DNA of 33,543 nucleotides from Sandaracinaceae bacterium (GTDB lineage Bacteria; Myxococcota_A; Polyangia; Polyangiales; JADJQN01): NCBI GenBank assembly GCA_947483975.1, contig CANKOL010000013.1, positions 1 to 33,543 of the forward strand, read 5' to 3'. Shown piece by piece: positions 31,301 to 33,543 of this stretch (position 1 is its first letter; each line of letters starts with the position of its first letter). The notes under the pieces were generated by a model. It saw only the letters and a program-made list of their open reading frames with translations, ran no database searches and was not told where the DNA came from. The position numbers and the translations under genes were made by a program.

Positions 31301-33320
31301 CCGCCTTCGCCGCGCCCGTCGTGTCCACGGTCGCGAGGCGCACGTCCCAGCCGTCGTTCGCGTTGACGACCCACTGCGCGTTGTCCACGCCGACGAGCAC
31401 GCTCGCGGCGGAGAGCCCCTGCACCGTGCTCGCGCTGAGCGTGTCGTCTGCGGCGTCCGTCACCTGCGCCTCGACGACGAGGTCGACGGCCTGCGCGCGC
31501 GACGTGAGCGTCGCCGCGAGGGACTCGGCGGGCACGTGGATCGTGCCGGTGCCTGCCGCGTCGAGCTCGAGCGTGCCGCTCGTCAGGAACGCGTCGCCGT
31601 CGCTCGAGTCGCTCGCGAAGGAGAACGCCGCGAGGTCCGCCCTGGTCGTGCCGAAGAACGGCGCCCGCCCGCGCCAAGAGGCGCTCCACGCCACGCGCCC
31701 GCCGCGCACCGGCGCGCCGTAGTAGTACGCCGCGCGTACAGGCAGCACGACGTCGCCGTTCGCGTCGCGCTCGGCCTCGCCCGCGGGCGGCAGCTTCACC
31801 TCGAAGCTCGCGGTGCGGTACTCGCCGACCTCGAAGCGCGCGTAGACGAGCGACGACTCCTTGCTCACCTCGACGCTGTACCGACCGAGGCGCGCCGAGC
31901 GCGGCAGCGCCGTCTCGACGCGGAAGGTGCCGAACGCCGTCAGCGCGACGTCACGCTTCAGCACCTCGGTGCCGTCGGGGTCCATCACGCGCACCGAGAC
32001 GCTGCCGCGCGGCGTGACGAGCCGACCGCTCGGCGCGCGACGGCGCAGCACGCCGAGCAGGTGCACGCCCTCGCCGGGGCGATAGATGCCGCGCTCCGGC
32101 GTGACCATCCCTCGCAGCGCGTTCGGCCCTTCGCTCCAAGCGCCGGGCAAGCTGGTGCGCCAGCTCTCGATGCCCTGCGCGAACACCGTGCTCGCGAACG
32201 CCGTGCGACCGCCCGTGACGGCGACGGCGCGCAGCGGGCGCTCGCGTCCGTATTCTCCGTCGAACTCCTCTCCCTCGCCGTCTACATCGTTCTCGTGATT
32301 TGCAGCGTTTTGTGCTCTCGCCGGGCGCTCCAGCGCGGAGCGCGCCGGCAGCAGGACCACGCCATCCGCCCGGGTCACGCCATGAAAGCGCGCGAGGTCG
32401 CCGTCGTAGATGGTCACGTTGGCGCCCGCGACCGGCGCGCCGGTGCTGCCGTCGGTCACCCACGCGAGCCCGCCCGCGCGCCCCGTCTTGAGCACGATGC
32501 CGAGGTCGGCGCGCTGCACGACGGTCACCTTCGGCTCGACGCCGGGCGCGTCGAGCACGACGAGCACGGGCGCGCTGCGTCCCGACGTGATCCCCGCCGC
32601 CGCGAACACGTCCACGTCTTGCACGCCGTCCGCGTCGCCGTCGCTCTCCCGCGGGCGGAGCACCGCCTCGCGCAGGCGCACGGCGAGCGGCAGCGACGCG
32701 ACGGGGTCGGTGCCCTGCTCGTGCAAGCCCGTGATGCGCGCCGCCGCGTCGAGGTCAGCCGCGCCGAGCGCGAACACGCGCAGCCGAGCGCTCCGCAGGT
32801 GCGCGAGCTGCAACGGAAGCCCCGCGCCGACGGGCACCACCGCCTGCCCGAGCGGCATGCGCGCGACGGGCTCGTACGAGCCCGTCGTCACCGTGAACGC
32901 GAACGCCGCGCCGAGGCGCGCGCCTGCGGCTGAGCGCAGCGTGTCGGGCAGCGCGAAGCGGTAGCTGCGTCGCTCGGCGAACGCGCCGGAGAGCGTCACG
33001 CGCTGCGCCGGGGCGTCCTCGGTCGCGGGCACGAGCACGACCGTCGGAGAGACGCGGAGGGCGCGCGCGACGTCGGACGGGCGCACGCTCTCCGAGAAGC
33101 TGAGCGTGATGTTCGTCTGGTCGGGCGGGCAGGACTCGCACGTCGACCCGGCGCTCGTCACGGCGAGCGTGCGAGGGGCGCTCGCGCGGTCCCGCGGGAC
33201 GTGCTCGGCGCGCGGCGCGTGCGGCGCATCGCCGCGCATATGCGGCACGAAGAGGCACGTCGAGAGGACGAGCGCGAACAGCGCGAGCATCGCGTTGGAG
33301 AGGTTCTTGGAAGTCTTCAT
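28338..33320 (-). CDS. Bacterial alpha-2-macroglobulin family protein (YfhM-like) with an intact thioester motif
   Basis: 1660 aa; ERGIYRPGE, FEVGEYR, YAPGD, DEGVLALTGY, LPDNLTRWRVMA, YPNGCVEQTTSR, HQNDDGGFGLW, DRLPAGLE, AEAMYDP. Confidence 0.95.
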   Translation of the reverse strand: MKTSKNLSNAMLALFALVLSTCLFVPHMRGDAPHAPRAEHVPRDRASAPRTLAVTSAGSTCESCPPDQTNITLSFSESVRPSDVARALRVSPTVVLVPATEDAPAQRVTLSGAFAERRSYRFALPDTLRSAAGARLGAAFAFTVTTGSYEPVARMPLGQAVVPVGAGLPLQLAHLRSARLRVFALGAADLDAAARITGLHEQGTDPVASLPLAVRLREAVLRPRESDGDADGVQDVDVFAAAGITSGRSAPVLVVLDAPGVEPKVTVVQRADLGIVLKTGRAGGLAWVTDGSTGAPVAGANVTIYDGDLARFHGVTRADGVVLLPARSALERPARAQNAANHENDVDGEGEEFDGEYGRERPLRAVAVTGGRTAFASTVFAQGIESWRTSLPGAWSEGPNALRGMVTPERGIYRPGEGVHLLGVLRRRAPSGRLVTPRGSVSVRVMDPDGTEVLKRDVALTAFGTFRVETALPRSARLGRYSVEVSKESSLVYARFEVGEYRTASFEVKLPPAGEAERDANGDVVLPVRAAYYYGAPVRGGRVAWSASWRGRAPFFGTTRADLAAFSFASDSSDGDAFLTSGTLELDAAGTGTIHVPAESLAATLTSRAQAVDLVVEAQVTDAADDTLSASTVQGLSAASVLVGVDNAQWVVNANDGWDVRLATVDTTGAAKAGQALVASLVRQTWVSAAEEGEDGPSYGGRYEDRVVETKELTSGAAPLRVHFAVPGGGEYRVDVRAAGATGVASASVWAYGGQDFYGPARNDSLVDVRPDRPSYAPGDVAHLVVASPYEQATALVTTEREGILDAHVVALRGASTPLDVPVREGHVPNVYVGVALVPRGAGGAAPVSGAPLKVGYATLEVSADARRLSVELTPRRDGLRPGDTADVGVRVRDAEGHPVRAEVTVWAADEGVLALTGYATPDPFAPAYAAHPHAVETSSNFTQWSSHLPGTWNDSGVGDGGPGDSESAALRSRFLSTAFFSVPVVTNANGEARVRFPLPDNLTRWRVMAAAADEGERFGKGETSIRASKPLQVTPSLPRFFTQGDLVEAGVVVHNDTGSDGLVEVRFEVTGAEVAGDAVQRVSVPAGAQLPVRVSLRATSVGDVVVRARVTKGTEQDGFELTLPAYAPTTWQSKQLGDGVVDGTASAEISLPAGVAPGLAELVVTYSPTVLASIESGLGSLIEYPNGCVEQTTSRLIPMVLLEDLMRGLGSTRFDGAEHRRLMDASIVHVLAHQNDDGGFGLWPTSDSEGFLTAYALWGLLTARDHGYEVPQPRVTAAIAYLAQHATQGDDMHGQFSTAETAPFAAYVLAYARQSDGGLGAQLNGQRAALSRFGLGLLASALERREANADALLGELDRARAARSGGGVLVHDPSANTDFMSFGRDLRATSSAVQALVAAGKTDQASDLVAGILAERRPDGSWGTTYNNLWALYALSTYADSAHKSAEGTTVIVRLDGREVARTRIGAHTLVERVSVPYAALYSADGRPRHLELVAPHEAGVRWSARLRYATDLAHQAAESSGLSVSRTLLDADTGAVVTSPHLGQLLRVRLSVTSTADREQVALTDRLPAGLEPIDTNLETEQRRVQTAGDDWTWTWRELHDERVAYFADRLSAGTHTAEYLARATRSGEFLRPALSAEAMYDPEVHGAGTVERVTITR

Positions 33321-33543
33321 CGGGCGGCTCCATCGACTACGTGGACTGCGATCTCGTCACTCGCGCCATCGGGCAGAACGGCTCGGACCCGGTGCGCGCC
33401 GGGGACGAGCGGGAGCGAAGCGTCGAAGGGCGCGCGCGCGTCGGCGAGCAGCACGCCGTCGACCTCCCAGCGCACCGACGCGACGCCGGGCGCGCGCACC
33501 GCGACGCGCAGGTGCGCGGCTTGGCGCGAGCGCGGCAGCACCG
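33317..33543 (-). CDS. pbpC: 3' end of penicillin-binding protein 1C (C-terminal domain); gene starts beyond the right edge
   Basis: VRWEVDGVLL...LVPGAHRVRAV resembles the PBP1C C-terminal domain. Its stop overlaps the A2M ATG (ATGA), and pbpC is the usual partner of bacterial A2M. Confidence 0.7.
   Translation of the reverse strand, partial: VLPRSRQAAHLRVAVRAPGVASVRWEVDGVLLADARAPFDASLPLVPGAHRVRAVLPDGASDEIAVHVVDGAAR

Noticed and set aside
25733..32933. 871-aa and 1542-aa plus-strand ORFs
   Set aside because: Antisense shadows of the GH31 and A2M genes, with no recognisable domains.

Overview
Very GC-rich bacterial window. The gene content suggests Myxococcota (Polyangia/Sandaracinaceae-like), inferred from Hanks-type kinases, Cys-rich lipoproteins and a TolB-like lipoprotein. 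Left end, minus strand: a translationally coupled trio of a 1653-aa lipoprotein, a secreted TPR-like protein with a C-terminal hydrophobic anchor, and a membrane Ser/Thr kinase that runs off the edge and is missing from the ORF track. The lipoprotein carries 30 tandem ADAM/snake-venom disintegrin-arm-like Ca2+-motif repeats in three capped blocks and ends in a 7-bladed RCC1/BLIP-II propeller. Next are PFOR (nifJ) and its DHODH-like partner (minus). On the plus strand follow a nucleoside 2-deoxyribosyltransferase-family gene, a DHH phosphoesterase, a histone-H1-like/DUF1801 fusion, a soluble Ser/Thr kinase and a TolB-like CxxCH lipoprotein. The rest is minus strand: a six-gene Hyf-like operon whose large subunit lacks all four NiFe cysteines (Ehr complex), a GH31 lipoprotein, a thioester alpha-2-macroglobulin and the 3' end of pbpC. 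No RNA genes, CRISPR arrays or mobile elements were seen. The best candidate for an undescribed system is the disintegrin-stalk/RCC1-tip lipoprotein + TPR-like protein + kinase module, a putative contact-sensing apparatus. Second is a possible PFOR-to-Ehr, H2-independent energy-conserving circuit. All calls come from manual motif reading; no database searches were run.
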